A stretch of 64,000 nucleotides of DNA from Eledone cirrhosa (lineage: Eukaryota), in NCBI GenBank assembly GCA_964016885.1, contig OZ024741.1, positions 144,584,001 through 144,648,000 of the forward strand, read 5' to 3'. Numbering within the stretch: position 1 is the first letter of the stretch; every line of letters begins with the position of its first letter. The translations under genes were made by a program, and so were the position numbers. Shown in pieces: positions 50,677-64,000 of the stretch. Below the pieces are notes generated by a model. The model had not been told where the DNA came from. It saw only the letters and a list, made by a program, of their open reading frames with translations, and did not search any database.

Positions 50677-51037
50677 TGTGTGTGTGTGTGTGCGTGTTTG
50701 TGTATTTGTGTGTATGCGTATGTATGGATATGTTGATATATATGTGTGTATGTATGTATGTGTGTATGTATGTGTATGTATATATATATATACATATATA
50801 TGTGTGTGTGTGTATGTATGTGTATATATATGTGTGTGTGTGTGCATGTGTGTTTATTTTTCCTTTCCTTCTTCCTTTTCCAGCCTCACTTTCATATAGA
50901 TTATATTTTTGTTTTTAAAATCCAATACCAATAAATACACCAGGATTTTTTCATTCTGATGATTGAAAGCAAAATTTGTTTGCTTTTAAGAAACCACTGG
51001 TAAATGAAATAATTGCCTTATGTTGTTTATTACATAA
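48898..51037 (+). mobile_element. Inverted copy (pseudo-LTR) of the Naiad-like element's 3' ~2 kb
   Basis: Reverse complement of 45708-47703, apart from microsatellite length changes and two arm-specific inserts. Confidence 0.92.
50949..51009 (+). ncRNA. Well-formed type I hammerhead ribozyme at the pseudo-LTR 3' end
   Basis: tttcatt CTGATGA ttgaaagcaaa atttg tttgcttttaa GAAA cc act g GTA aatgaaa: 7-bp helix I, 11-bp helix II, GUA cleavage triplet. Confidence 0.85.
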
Positions 51038-51477
51038 CTATTAAGCTCTGTAACCTACATAGAGCACTCTTTTTTCCTGGACCTTTCCGACGGAATTACT
51101 TCATTTATATATATATATATATATATATCATCATCACCATTTAACATCCATTTATATATATACATATATACACACAGACACTGACACACACATATACATA
51201 TGTAATCGCTATATATATATATATATATACACACACACATACATATATTATTTAATTCAATTTAATTTAAATTTTCATTAACATTCAAACTTAATGGGAG
51301 AGTAATTAGAATAATTAACAAAAAGATTAATAGAATTAATTCAATGTTTTTCCACCAAAGGATTTCTTACAAAATTCTTTTTTCAAAAACAAATAAATTT
51401 AAAACAAATAAACAAATCAAAACAATGAAAGAGTTTAATATTATTCATCTAACTAATAATTTAAATTTTATTTAAAA

Positions 51478-52588
51478 AAAAAAAGACTGCATTCGTTGGG
51501 ATCAGCTGTGGCAGATTGTGTAGGAGGAAGGGAGTGATGGTCAGATTCTTGCTGCCCTGATGTCTTACGAATGACCGAGTATTTGTGTTCGGATAAATGG
51601 AGCGAAATTGAAACCATTCAATGTGGGAGTCGGATTCCTCCAAGAGTACGTACTGTCACCTCTCCTGTTCATTATTTACATGAATAGGATTGACATGCAT
51701 AGCCAGGCTGGAAGTGGTATCATGACTGGTCGGTGTAAAATCAGTTGGCTAGAATTTGCAGATGACATGGTGTTACTTAACTCGAAAGAAGGTGATCTCC
51801 GACAAGCAGTCGATAGGTTTGATGCCGTGTGTTGCATGGCTGGAATGAAAATCAGTGCTGCAAAAAGTGAGACAGTCATCCTCACAAGGAAGCCTGTGTA
51901 GTGTATTCTACATGTGAATGGAGTTCCACTGAAGCAGGTAGAGAAGTTCAAGTATCTTGGGGCCATGTTCACGAGTGAGGGAAGGCAGGAAGATGAATTA
52001 AGTGCAAGAATTGCAGGAGCTGGTGCTGTAATGTGCCAGCTTCACATTCAGTAATCACAAGAAAGGAGGTAGGTGTAAAAGCCAAACTCACTATCTTCAA
52101 TTTGGTATTAGTACCAACCCTTACCTATGGTCATGAATCTAGGGTAATGACTGAAAGAATATGATTGCGAATACAAGTGGTCAAAATGCGGTTCCTCCAA
52201 AAGGTCTTTGGAATGAGGTTTCATGATAAAGTGCATAGCTCAGAGATCAGAGTGTCACTCCAGGTGGAGCCGCTACTTCTTTGAATTGGGAGATCACAGC
52301 TTCGATACTATAGGCATGTGGTTAGAATGTCTCAGGAAAGAATCACTGGACAGATTTTATGGGCTAAACCAACTGGCAGGAAACCCAGAGGTAGACCACA
52401 AGCAGGATGGTTGGATAACATCTATGAGCTTGGCTGGTCTAACTTGGGGATCCAGCCAGATCATTTAGAGATGGTTGCTTCTGTCAGAGCCTGTTGGAAG
52501 AAGTTTTTGAGGACTCTGCCCCCAATGACCCTCTCAGGAATAAGTGAGAGAAGAAGAAGAAGAAGAAGAAGAAGAAGAAGAAGAAGAT
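51478..52588 (+). mobile_element. RTE-clade LINE family 2, 5'-truncated, degenerate, (AGA)n tail
   Basis: VLSPLLFIIYM, FADD, QVEKFKYLG, KPTGRKPRGRP. Confidence 0.92.
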
Positions 52589-52695
52589 AATTTACAAAAG
52601 TGTCAAAAAGAAAAGAAAAAATATGAAAAAAATGAAAAAAGTTAAATAAGGTTTAGTTGAGAGAAAGGGGAAGGGGACAAATTCTAATTATCTAT

Positions 52696-52985
52696 TGGCT
52701 TAGTGGTTAGAGTGTTGGACTCACATCCTGGGCCAGGGGGCACAAGACACTTTATTTCACATTGCTCCAGTTCACTGAGCTGGAAAAAATGTGATGTGAC
52801 ATCACCGGTGCCAAGTTGTGTTAGTTTTTGCTTTTCCCTTGGACAACCTCAGTTGTGTGATGAGGGGAGACTGCACAGGTAATTGCTGGTCTTGCACAAA
52901 AATATCTTGCACAGGTTTGAGGCTCAGAGAGTAACTTTCTAAGTGCAAACCCATGGTTAGCCATGATTGAAGGGAGCCTCCCAGT
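52696..52985 (+). mobile_element. Older tRNA-derived SINE variant: same head/core, different tail
   Basis: tggcttagtggttagag...caagacactttatttcacattgctccag, then an unrelated 3' half. Confidence 0.65.
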
Positions 52986-53786
52986 CTATTTATCTGTGTG
53001 TGTGTGTTTATATACATCTATATCAATTACCATTATTTCACTGTTGCCATAATAAAATGCATCCAGTCCACACTGCAAATAATAGTATTGGTGTCACTAG
53101 AAAACCAACCAGTTCACACTTTCATATGGTAGTGGTGGTGTCATGAGAAAATGAATCTGGTACATGCTATGAAGTGGGTGGTGTTACAAAAGTCATCCAG
53201 CTCTAGAAATCATGCCAAAATGAAATATGAACAAGGTAGTCATCTGATCTATCTAGCCTCAGAATGTGACAAACTGTTTAACCCATTCAAGCACAAGAAA
53301 TAGATGTAAAATGGTAATGATGATGACGTATCTGTGTGGATACAAGCAATCTTTACTAAAGTAAGCTTTTGGATTTTGTTATATGGTTACGTTCACATAT
53401 AACACAGAGCAAACTGTACACTCTTCACCACAAATGCATTACATGTATTTCAGCCTTCTGATATTAAACCTTCTGAAACCACCACTAATTCTATGATACA
53501 AAACTGTTAACTTTAAAGTGTATATATTTATTTTAAATCTTCTGTAATAATGTTCTGCCTGAGCATAGAGTTGCATCCCTTTACAATCTGAGTTCAAATC
53601 CCACTGAGATTAATTTTGTCTTTCATCCTTACGGGGTCGATAAAATAAAAGTAGCAGTAATGCACTGGGATAATTGCTGGCCTTGTGCCAAAAGTAGAAA
53701 CAATGATTTTACAATTGTGGGCCAATCACCCTAACTACTAAGCCACATTGCTTTTATTGAATATTATATATATGGATTGTTCTTAC

Positions 53787-53872
53787 CTGGCTCTATTTTT
53801 CCTTTAATATAACCAATGACATTCCATGTTTTTGTGATTTTTTCATAGTTGTTCACTTGTAACCTGACATAT
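53787..53872 (-). CDS. GCPII/NAALADase-like exon (86 bp): YVRLQVNNYEKITKTWNVIGYIKGKIEP
   Basis: tgacag| and |gtaaga; NVIG..KG..EPD motif; phase 2-1. Confidence 0.93.
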
Positions 53873-54247
53873 CTGTCAAAGGAAAATAAAAAGCATAATC
53901 AACATAAAATACAATAAACACATAAAAATGCAAGTGGAGTTTAAGACAATGAGTGAAGAAAAAGTATAAAATGTAAGATGGACATGCATTGGTTTCAATG
54001 ATGAGTATTCCAAGTGTTCAATCAAGAGAATGACCTACTTGTGAAATTAACATGTAAATGGCAGAATATTCCACAGATATGTGTACCCATAACCATTCAT
54101 TCAAGCTATATATATATAATAGTTTTTTAAAAAAGCCTGCATGACTAAGTATTTAGAATATAAATTGAATATGTATATATACACACACACATATATATAT
54201 CATCATCATCATCATCATTTAATGTCCATTTTCCACGCAAGCATGGG

Positions 54248-54288
<41 letters not shown>

Positions 54289-56938
54289 CATGCACACACA
54301 CACTACACGCACAAAGATTTATATATATATAAACAATCTCTATGCATCAGTTTAATTTCCTAATCATTACATATTGACAATATTTTTCAATTGGTAATTT
54401 CCTCAGCCTAATGTAAGGCCACTGCCAAAACATGTTATATTTTACTGTAAAGAAAAAATTTATCATGAAAATATTTGGAATTGTATCATTTTAGAAAATA
54501 TCTTTTTATGTCACTCAAACAATAAACTACAGAAAAGAATATAACTATCTACATACAATAGATTTCGATTGGAAAAATAGTTTTTCTTTTCTAGGAAGAA
54601 AATAATAAAATGGAAACTATTTTTTTTATTTCAAAAGTAAAATCAATAAGAATAGGAATGGCATGCTAACCCCTTTGTTTTTATCTTTTTTTCGATTTAA
54701 AAAAAATATATACTTTTGTGACAACACTTCAAATCATTCTTTATTCATGAATATGAGATGAACATCAGCTTCATTTTCATGTCTTCAAGAATGCCTGAAT
54801 TAAAGTGTTTTGCTACATCTTTCTTGGCACCCAACGTTTTTGTTTTTCTTATATTTCATGACAGAAAAATGATTTAAAACTATTGAGAAATATACAAAGA
54901 AACAATTTGCTTTAGGTTTTGTTCATAATTTCTGGCTGGTCTTTAGATGTGGCACAGCATATGTGAAAATAGCTTGCTCATTATATTGAAGTGAACTTCA
55001 TTATGTTCAACAATGCCAGAGTATTTTCAACCCTCTCCACACATCACTATTTTTTTAAATTCCCACAATGATGTGAACCAAATGTAATCCTCCTTTCCCC
55101 ACAACACAAACTATGTTATTTTTGCCCACCATTATGCTAGGTATCCCACTCTCATTCTTGTTAAATGCTGATTGCATCACAAAAATGCATGACTGAATCT
55201 GAAGTTTTACACATAATTTAGTCATTAAAAATACACACACAATATTGCCATATCATTTATTTCATAGTGAAAACATGTGTGTTGCTCCTATGCAACCCGA
55301 GCACTGACACATTTCCTCTGCAACTGTGTGAATGTTTTTAAATGGCTAAAAATTCTCTATGATGGAACTGCTTCAGTTTTTACAAATAGTCTCATGTCAC
55401 TTGCCAAACAAGTACAACTCCGAAATACTCAAATATTGTTTCACATTAACAGATTTGATACAGATCCATTTGAAACTGCCTCTGGGTCTATGATTCAAGC
55501 TGTTTTTAAATGATTATATTTATCTAAAAACCTTTCATCATAATTTTATATAAAAGCCTTTGTTAAATTATGTTCCAAATATTAACTTAATAATCATTTT
55601 TCAATTAAATATTTTCAAAATTATTTGAAAATCAAATAAAATGTTTTTCATTTGAAATATGGTAACAAAAGGACTTAAGAAACATTTCCACAATGTTTTC
55701 ACACTAAATCTAAATAAGATATGATGGCAGGGAAGTCAAGATTCTGCACATCTGATCATATAATGGTTGTGAGATTAAAGTGTTATTTTTTGGACCACAC
55801 AATGTCAGTGAAGTCATAACCCCCTTTTCCTGACCAGACCTGACCAGATTAGACCATGAAAAGAAGTCAACAGTGTTTTGCTTTCTCATTTGAACTGTCT
55901 TTTACAAAGATATCATCATCACAGGCATGGCTGAAGTTTGCTTCATACTCATGAGATCTCGGGTTCAAACCTACTGCAAGGTATCTTGGACAGTTAACAC
56001 AAGCCTTGTGAGTAAAACTGAATAGATGGAAGCTCTGTGAAAATCTGCCAGATGTTTTGTAGCTGTATTTCAAAGTTCGAAGGTCCACACATATTGTGTC
56101 TGCTAGATTAAGCTTGGAAATTATGTTAAAGGTACACATATCTGTGGAATACTCAACCACTTACAAGTTAACTCATAAATTGAATGATATTCAGTTGATT
56201 AAAAGAACTGATCACTCATCATCAAAACTGATAGAAGTTTATAACATCTTACTTTTTCCCATTTCAAATAAGTTGAAAGTCTAAAAATTAATCTATTTCC
56301 AGTCTCAGTAATTTTATGTTCTCCTGAGTGCAATAGATTGAACAATTAAACTATAAATCTTGGAAAGAATATAAATTTAATCTTGACACATTTTTAATGA
56401 GACAACACAATTTATATAATGGAAAGAAAATAACATTTGCCCCCACCACAACAAATATTATGAGGGCTGTATACAACTTACTATATTTAATCACATTCCC
56501 TTATATCATTATTGCCATAGTTTCTACAGCTGGATGCCCTTCATAATGCCAATTACTTTATAGAGTGTACTGGATGAATTTTATAAACTTTATAAAGATT
56601 GAGTCAGTATCCTGTTACCCAGGAGTCTCATCTATGTATTCAAAGGGTCTCAAACAAGATTGTCTATCTAATGACTCTGTGAACACATGGGCAAAACTCC
56701 AAAGTAACAGGACACTGACTTGAACTGAATACAATTTTTAATCTCTACTATTGTATCGAGTACTCATTCTCACAACCACGAACACTAAAAGTGTGTGTGT
56801 ATATATATATATAAACATATGAAAGTGATTTTCCAGAATTGTCTTTGTTGGGATCACTAATTAGTTACTAGAGAAAATGTATAGCATCAGTATTGCCTTT
56901 GTTACTGAAAAATGAGAAGAAAGAAAATAAACACTTAC

Positions 56939-57028
56939 AATGAAGAATTTGTGTGGCCTGGACCTATTTTGTATGTTATGGGGAGTTTTCCCTGCCAAGA
57001 TTGGGGAGCACGCATACCAGCCATCTCA
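56939..57028 (-). CDS. GCPII/NAALADase-like exon (90 bp): EMAGMRAPQSWQGKLPITYKIGPGHTNSSL
   Basis: tttcag| and |gtaagt; phase 2-2; resembles [25 protein letters not shown]. Confidence 0.92.
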
Positions 57029-57967
57029 CTGAAAAAGAAATGGAAAATTTATTTAAACTGTCACAAAAATTATTGATTTTAACACCAAACCCCTGAAACT
57101 GCACATATTTTGATACAAACCTTTCATCATCATCACCATTTAACATCCATTTTTCCATGGGTTAGACGAATTGTCCCATTGTGAGACAAGCCAAATCAGG
57201 TGACTGTGTCTTGCTCATTTAAAAATATTTATATTTATCTAAAAAAATCTTTTGTTATACTATATTCCAAACAACAGTTTAAAAATGAGAAAGTTAGCTA
57301 AGTAATGAAAGGATTGGTGTTTACATTTATCTAAAAACCTGCCATCAAAATTTTATGTAAGAACTTTTGCTAAGTTATGTTCCAAAGAACAAATTAATAA
57401 GAAAGTTAGCTATATTTCTAAATTCTTCCAAATTCTTGATTATTTTAAAAATGATTTGTAAATCATAGGCAGTGTCTTTTATTAGAAATATGGTAAAGGG
57501 AATAGTAAGTTTTTAGATGTAAAAAAAAAAAAAAAAAAATTATTGACACCACAGTGTGTAAATTTGTAGATTATTCATATTTTGGAGTAGCTAATGCTTT
57601 ATATGAGTTGCTTTATTAAAAACATTTATTAAACTACATCCCCCCCAAAAGGAAAGGAAAAATAGAAATTATAGAGAAGGTTTAACATCCAGTCTGCTGT
57701 GATGCTGTAAATATTGAAATGAGCTGAGAAACAAACAATGGGGATAATTGAAAATGAAAAAGAAAGAAATGAAAATATTAATAATACAGAGAAATGTTTC
57801 TAGTTTTATTCTAAAATGACCATATTGAAGTGGAGACACTCTATTTCTATATTATTGATTTCTCATGTAGGCATAGAACTATGAGAAACAAATAGACTGA
57901 GATGATGCTGGTTAAATTGATATGTATATATATTTACTGTGTTTATAGAAATGATGGAATCATTTTT

Positions 57968-58298
57968 TCATTTCATTTTACGTCCGCTTTTCCCTGCTTG
58001 CAAGGGTGGGACGGGAACTGATTCTGGCATGATTTCTACAGCTGGATGCCCTTCCTAACACCAACCTCATTTACAGTGAGTGCTGGGTGCTTTTTTGCCG
58101 TGGCACCTCCACGACCACTTTGCAGTGGAATGATATGGACCCCAGTCCCTATCATCTCATTTCTACAGCTGAGTAAACTGGAGCAATGTGAAATAAAGTC
58201 TCTTGCTCAAGGAAACAACACATCACCCGGTCTGAGAATTGAACTCACAACCTTTCGATTGCAAGGCCAATGCTCTAACCACTAAGCCATGTGCCTCC
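57968..58298 (-). mobile_element. Full-length tRNA-derived SINE
   Basis: Reverse complement of 2183-2513. Confidence 0.92.
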
Positions 58299-58359
58299 AT
58301 GCTATGTTCCAAATACCAAATAAATAATGTGAAAGTTATTTATATTATTAATCCCTCCT

Positions 58360-59385
58360 TCATAACATTGAATACATTATAATGTTGACTTTATCGCAAT
58401 GTTGACTTCATCATAACATAAACTTTATCATAACGTTGACTACATCATAATATTGACTTTATCATAACATTTACTACACCATTATAATGTTGACTACATC
58501 ATAACTTTGACTACATCCTAACATTGATTACATCATAACCTTGACTACACCATAAGGTTAACTACACCATATGTTGACTACATCATAACATTGACTACAT
58601 CATAACGTTGACTATATCATAACCTTGAATGCATCATAATGTTGACTACATCATAAAGTTGACTACATCATAAGGTTGACTACTCCATAATGTTGACTAC
58701 ATCATAACCTTGACAACATCATAATGTTGACTACACCATTAAGTTGACTACACCATTGCATTGACTACATCATAACTTGACTACATCATAACCTTGACTA
58801 CATCATAACATTGACTACATCATAACGTTGACTACATCATAATGTTGACTACACCATTAAGTTGATTACATCATAAGGTTGACTACACCATTGCATTGAC
58901 TACATCATAACTTGACTACATCATAACGTTGACTATATCATAACGTTGACTACATCATAAGGTTGGCTACATCATAACATTGACTACACCATATGTTGAC
59001 TACATTATAACATTGACTACATCATCATGTCAACTACATCATAACATTGACTACACCATAACGTTGACTACATCATAATGTTGACTACACCATAACCTTG
59101 ACTACATCATAAAGTTGACTACACCATAACGTTGACTACATCATAACATTGACTACATCATAACATTGACTACACCATAACCTTGACTACATAATAATGT
59201 TGACTACACCATAACGTTGACTTCATCATCATGTTGACTACACCATAATGTTGCCTACATCATAAGGTTGACTACACCATAATGTTGACTACATCATAAC
59301 GTTGACTAGACCATTATATTGACTACACCATAGGGTTGACTACAGCATTATGTTGACTACATCATAACATTTACTTTGTCATAAC
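58360..59385. repeat. 17-bp minisatellite, ~60 copies (ttgactacatcataacg)
   Basis: Direct tandem periodicity with degenerate edges. Confidence 0.95.
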
Positions 59386-60407
59386 CTTTTCTTGCTTTTT
59401 ACTGCAATGAAGCACCACTTCTATTCTAACCAGCTGAATGAGTAGACAAGATAATAAAGCATGATGCTCAAGGACACAATATGTCAAGGACCACACCCCA
59501 ACCCTTGTAGGAAATGGAAATCATAATCTTATGAAATACTAAGCCTTCACAAATATTTGTATATAAAAGAAAATTGTTCCATGCCCAGCAACAGAATTAA
59601 AACAGCTTGACAAATAAGGTCAGACATAATGTCAAATAAGAATGCCGACTATTAAACAGTGTTGACATAAGATGAAATACTGAATACTCTCAATAATTTA
59701 TTGTACTGCTTTGGGTTGCATTATTTATTTTATTTTATCATTTTTTTATTACTTCTATGAGATAGTGTGTCTTGTCTATTTTCTTCGCAATCAGTCAGAA
59801 GAAAATATCAATGTCTTATAGAATATGTATGTATATAAACATACATATACATACATATGGATATATATGTGTGTGTATATATATATATGTACATGTGTGT
59901 ATGTGTGCATGTGTATATATACATATATAAGCAGCAGCAACATTTAGAATCTCTTCTTTCACACTGGCATGAGTTGGCTAGGTTGTAACAGATTAAGTCA
60001 GTACTTCATTGGAGTCACTGACCTCTCTGATGGACCAGGTGCCTGCATCTTGCTTACTGATGTTCTGGCACTTTACAGAGTATACTGGGGACATTTTATT
60101 GTGCGAGCAAGCACAAGAGTTGTTGCCACAAGCTTGAAATGACCAAAGAGTACTCACAAGCCTAGGTTTGGCAAATTTTCTGTGGCTGGATGCCCTTCAT
60201 AACACTAACTACTTTACAATTGCCCAGTTTAACACCACCACATCTCCTTTGGGTGCCTTCAGATGCAAGCATTTGGAGCATGTCTCTAGTTTGAGGATAC
60301 CAAAGGCACAGAAAAAGGTCATGGGTACAATTTGACTAAACTGTATACACACACACACACACACATGTATGTATGTATATATATATATATATAAATATAT
60401 GACGTAC

Positions 60408-60504
60408 CGTAACAATTTTTGAGCATCACCATAACCAATGGGTTGAGAAGGTATTTTTGGTAACAGTTTTTTAGCTTCAGCCAAACTGATTCGGTATGCA
60501 TGTT
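60408..60504 (-). CDS. GCPII/NAALADase-like exon (97 bp): EHAYRISLAEAKKLLPKIPSQPIGYGDAQKLLR
   Basis: ttgcag| acceptor, |gtacgt donor; matches the GCPII motif LPSIPVHPIGYYDAQKLL. Confidence 0.93.
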
Positions 60505-60825
60505 CTGCAAGGGAAATACAAGATGTTTCTATTACAAACTGCAATATATATATATATAATTCAAATTTTAAACAAATATATTTTTATAGCCATATATCAT
60601 TAGAGAAACACTAAGTATTTTGTACATTGAATTTTTTACTGAGATACATATTCATCATATATATTATATATGTTATGATACTTTAAATAATATATATATA
60701 TATACACACATATATATATATACATACACACATATATATATACATTCACATACACATATATACACACACACACACACACATATATACACACACACACACA
60801 TATATATACACACACACATACACAT

Positions 60826-60904
<79 letters not shown>

Positions 60905-63042
60905 CATATATATACATATATATCTATACATATAAATATATATCTAGACATATACACATATATATATACATACATATATATCTATATATCACAGAAAAAA
61001 GAGAATTAGTGATGCGACGAAAGGAATTTATTGGACATATTACAAATGTTTCTCGGGCGACCATCTCGAGGCACGATCGATGTGGTGATCACACCCGACT
61101 CTGAAATCACGTGGTCCTCGGATATGTTTTGATTCTACGAAGCAGATTTTCCTATTGTCCTTTAACATCGAATTCTTTCGTTTGTTGATTTAGATCCTGT
61201 TGTTGTCATTCCATGAGTGGTCAAGAATTGTACACGTCACCGGTATTTCTAGCCACTCATGGTTACCCACTGTTTGGTTCTTCTCCTTCTCCACCTGTCA
61301 ATCAAAATTTTTTCATATATCAGAATTACTACTGTGGTGGGAGAGGGGCTGTAATCTTGAACGGTTGGCATCACTTCGACGTCTTCATTGCCCCCCTAGG
61401 CGTCCTCTTCCACAGTGGTCAGGTACACACCCGCAATTATGCTGTATGCGGCAGTCATTGTAAATAATGTTTGGAGGGAATTTAAAAAAAAATAAATTAT
61501 AGGGATATTTAGCGTAACATTTCTAGGACACAGCCCTAGAATACCCTCCTTCTTTTTCCCACTTGCCGAACAAGATAGGAGAAACCCCAGCATACATAGG
61601 TAGATGTACTTCTTTTCTTTTTTTCCCTTTATCTCTTCTCACTTCCTTCCACTCCTTCTCTTCCTTTTCCTTTTTCCTGTTTCGCTCACCCTGAGGCAGC
61701 CCACCGGGCTTGTGTAGCCTCAGTACCCCCACCCCAGTAAATTCTATATAGCATTGGCCGAAAATGCAATACCAGCTAAAAATATAGCAGCTGTTTTAGA
61801 CTGTAGTTTTTTTTATTATTTTTTATTTTTTATTATTTATTTTTTAAAATTATTATTCTTATTTCTTATTTCTTAATTTTTTAATTTCAATTTATTAACT
61901 TTTTAATTTTATAACTTCCCACTCTCAGATTCCTCCAGAATTCTTTTTTCGCCTGTTTTCTAGCTAGCCTAATTTCATCCACACTCCTTAGAATTTGCTG
62001 TATAGAATTCACTTTCTACACTTGACCGGCTCCATCCACTCCCTTATTGTTCTACAGGCAAGTTCAGCCCCCCCCCCCCTACACACCGCCATGAAAGATT
62101 TAATTGTGTTTACAAGAAATTTTGACCAATCCTTTTGACAACTACAATCTTCCTATATAAGGAATTACCCCTTGAAAAGTTTGGCTATCTATTACCATGC
62201 TACAAATCTAATTTAGTCCAGAAATAGCCGTCAAAATGGCTTGAGATCTGCCGTCGGGGTCTTGAACATTTTCCTATATATATATAAAGATACACATATA
62301 TATATATATACAATATATTAATAAATGGAAACTATATCTATAAAACCATATTTATTTTATTATACATATTTCAAGGGCAACCAAGGCAAATTATGGTGCA
62401 CTTTCATCAGATAAAATACAGATTTGTTTTATAAATAAATATTTACATACCCGGAAAAAAGACAACCTTAACGGTTGGAGCTTCCTGGATATATATATAT
62501 ATATAGATATATACATATTTATATATATATATATATATACATATATATATACATACATATATATGTACATATATATACATACATATATATATGTATATAT
62601 ACACATACATATATATATATATATAGTAATATTTATATCTATATTTATATATGTTTGATATAACTATAAATATGTAGGGTAATACTAAGTACTAGCCGGT
62701 TACCGGTATGACAAAAGGCTCAATGCAAATTTTCAAGTCTTTTACAGAGCCAAGATACAAAGTGTTAAAACGATCAAATTTTAGTTTAGAACATTTATTA
62801 GCTGGCAATTGTTTCTTCCAGAGGGAAGTCTGGAATCATCGGATGTACATTGCATGTATATATATGTGTGTATATGTATGTGTATATATATATATATATG
62901 TTTGTATATATATATATATATGTATATATATATGTGTGTGTGTATGTGTATATATGTGTGTATATATATATATATATATGTATATGTGGGTGTGTGTGTA
63001 TATGTGTGTATAAGTGTGGGTGCAGATATGTGCGTGTGTGTG

Positions 63043-64000
63043 TCATCATCATCATCATCATCATCATCAGGTTTAGCGTCCGTGTTCCACGCTTGCATGG
63101 GTTTGGACGGGGGTTTTCCCACTTGAGGCAAGAGTGGTTGTCTTGCTCGCATAGGACTGTCTGGCGGGTTTTCTACAGTTGGATGCCCTTCCTAACACCA
63201 ACCACATTTTCAGTGTGGGGCTGGGAGGTTTTTACCGTGTTGCCTACACGGCCACATTACAGCGTGGACTGTCTGGCGGGTTTTCTACAGCTGGATGCCA
63301 TTCCTAACACCAACCACATTTACAGTGTGGGGCTGGGAGGTTTTTACCGTGTTGCCTACACGGCCACATTTACAGCGTGGACTGTGTGTTTTTTGTCGTG
63401 ACACCTACACGATCTCATTTGTTTCGGCCTGGATGTTGTGGGACCAACATAACTTTACATTGAAAGGGGCGGTGTGGGTGGGGTGGAGGTGGTGGGACGG
63501 GGGTGTGTTTTGATAGAGGTGCCTACTGACTGTAGTAGGTTTTTACTTTGTATTTAGGTAAGGCGGGTCTTCTCTATTACTGAGTACCGCCAAAGGTCTC
63601 GGTCCAGTGACATTGTCTTGGAGAGGTGTAAGCGTGTGAGGTCGGAATTTATCAGCTCGTCCCATGTTTTTCTGGGTCTGCCTACTCCGTGGCTACCGTC
63701 TATCTTTATTGCCCTGCACTTTGTTATACAGCTGTCGTCTTTCATGCGCATCACGTGTCCATACCAACGTAGCCTTCTCTCGAGTAAACAACATCTGATC
63801 CCTCTTATTTCTAATTTTTTCCTTAGTTCGTTTATGCTTTGCCGTTCACGTATATTACTATTGCACATCCAGCGGAGCATGCAAGCTTCGTTCCTCTCTA
63901 GTCTGCGTATATCCTCTGCACACAATGCCCAGGTCTCACTGCCATGCAGCATTGCTGTTCGTATGCAGGCATCGTATAACCTGCCTTTCATTTTTAGGGA
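63043..64000 (-). mobile_element. RTE-clade LINE 3' portion (runs off window) with ~113-bp tandem duplication in the 3'UTR
   Basis: ORF 63554-63991 is nearly identical to 21320-21757; (ATC)n tail; ggactgtctggcgggttttctacag at 63154 and 63267. Confidence 0.95.

Noticed and set aside
58360-59385. Possible CRISPR-like array (also 9470-10317)
   Set aside because: Head-to-tail units with no unique spacers, in a eukaryotic intron.

Overview
AT-rich, microsatellite-dense animal genomic DNA. The repeat landscape suggests an octopod cephalopod, but that is inference. The window lies inside one minus-strand gene encoding an M28B peptidase (glutamate carboxypeptidase II / NAALADase homolog). Eleven short GT-AG exons (60504 down to 1) splice into one open frame that retains all five zinc ligands and the catalytic Glu. 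The introns are filled with mobile DNA: three RTE-clade LINE families (one with a PHD-type finger, one with C2H2 fingers), a tRNA-derived SINE sharing the RTE tail, a Chapaev3-type transposon, Helitron, Tc1/mariner, hAT and TTAA-MITE remnants, and two minisatellites. The most unusual structures are head-to-head fold-backs of Penelope-like elements (PLEs) at three scales. These are a ~6.4-kb near-palindrome (2014-8467) that also duplicates flanking SINE DNA, a ~5.3-kb Naiad-like element with ~2-kb inverted arms each carrying a well-formed hammerhead ribozyme, and a 135-bp hairpin. All calls were made by eye, and clade names and human comparisons are from memory.
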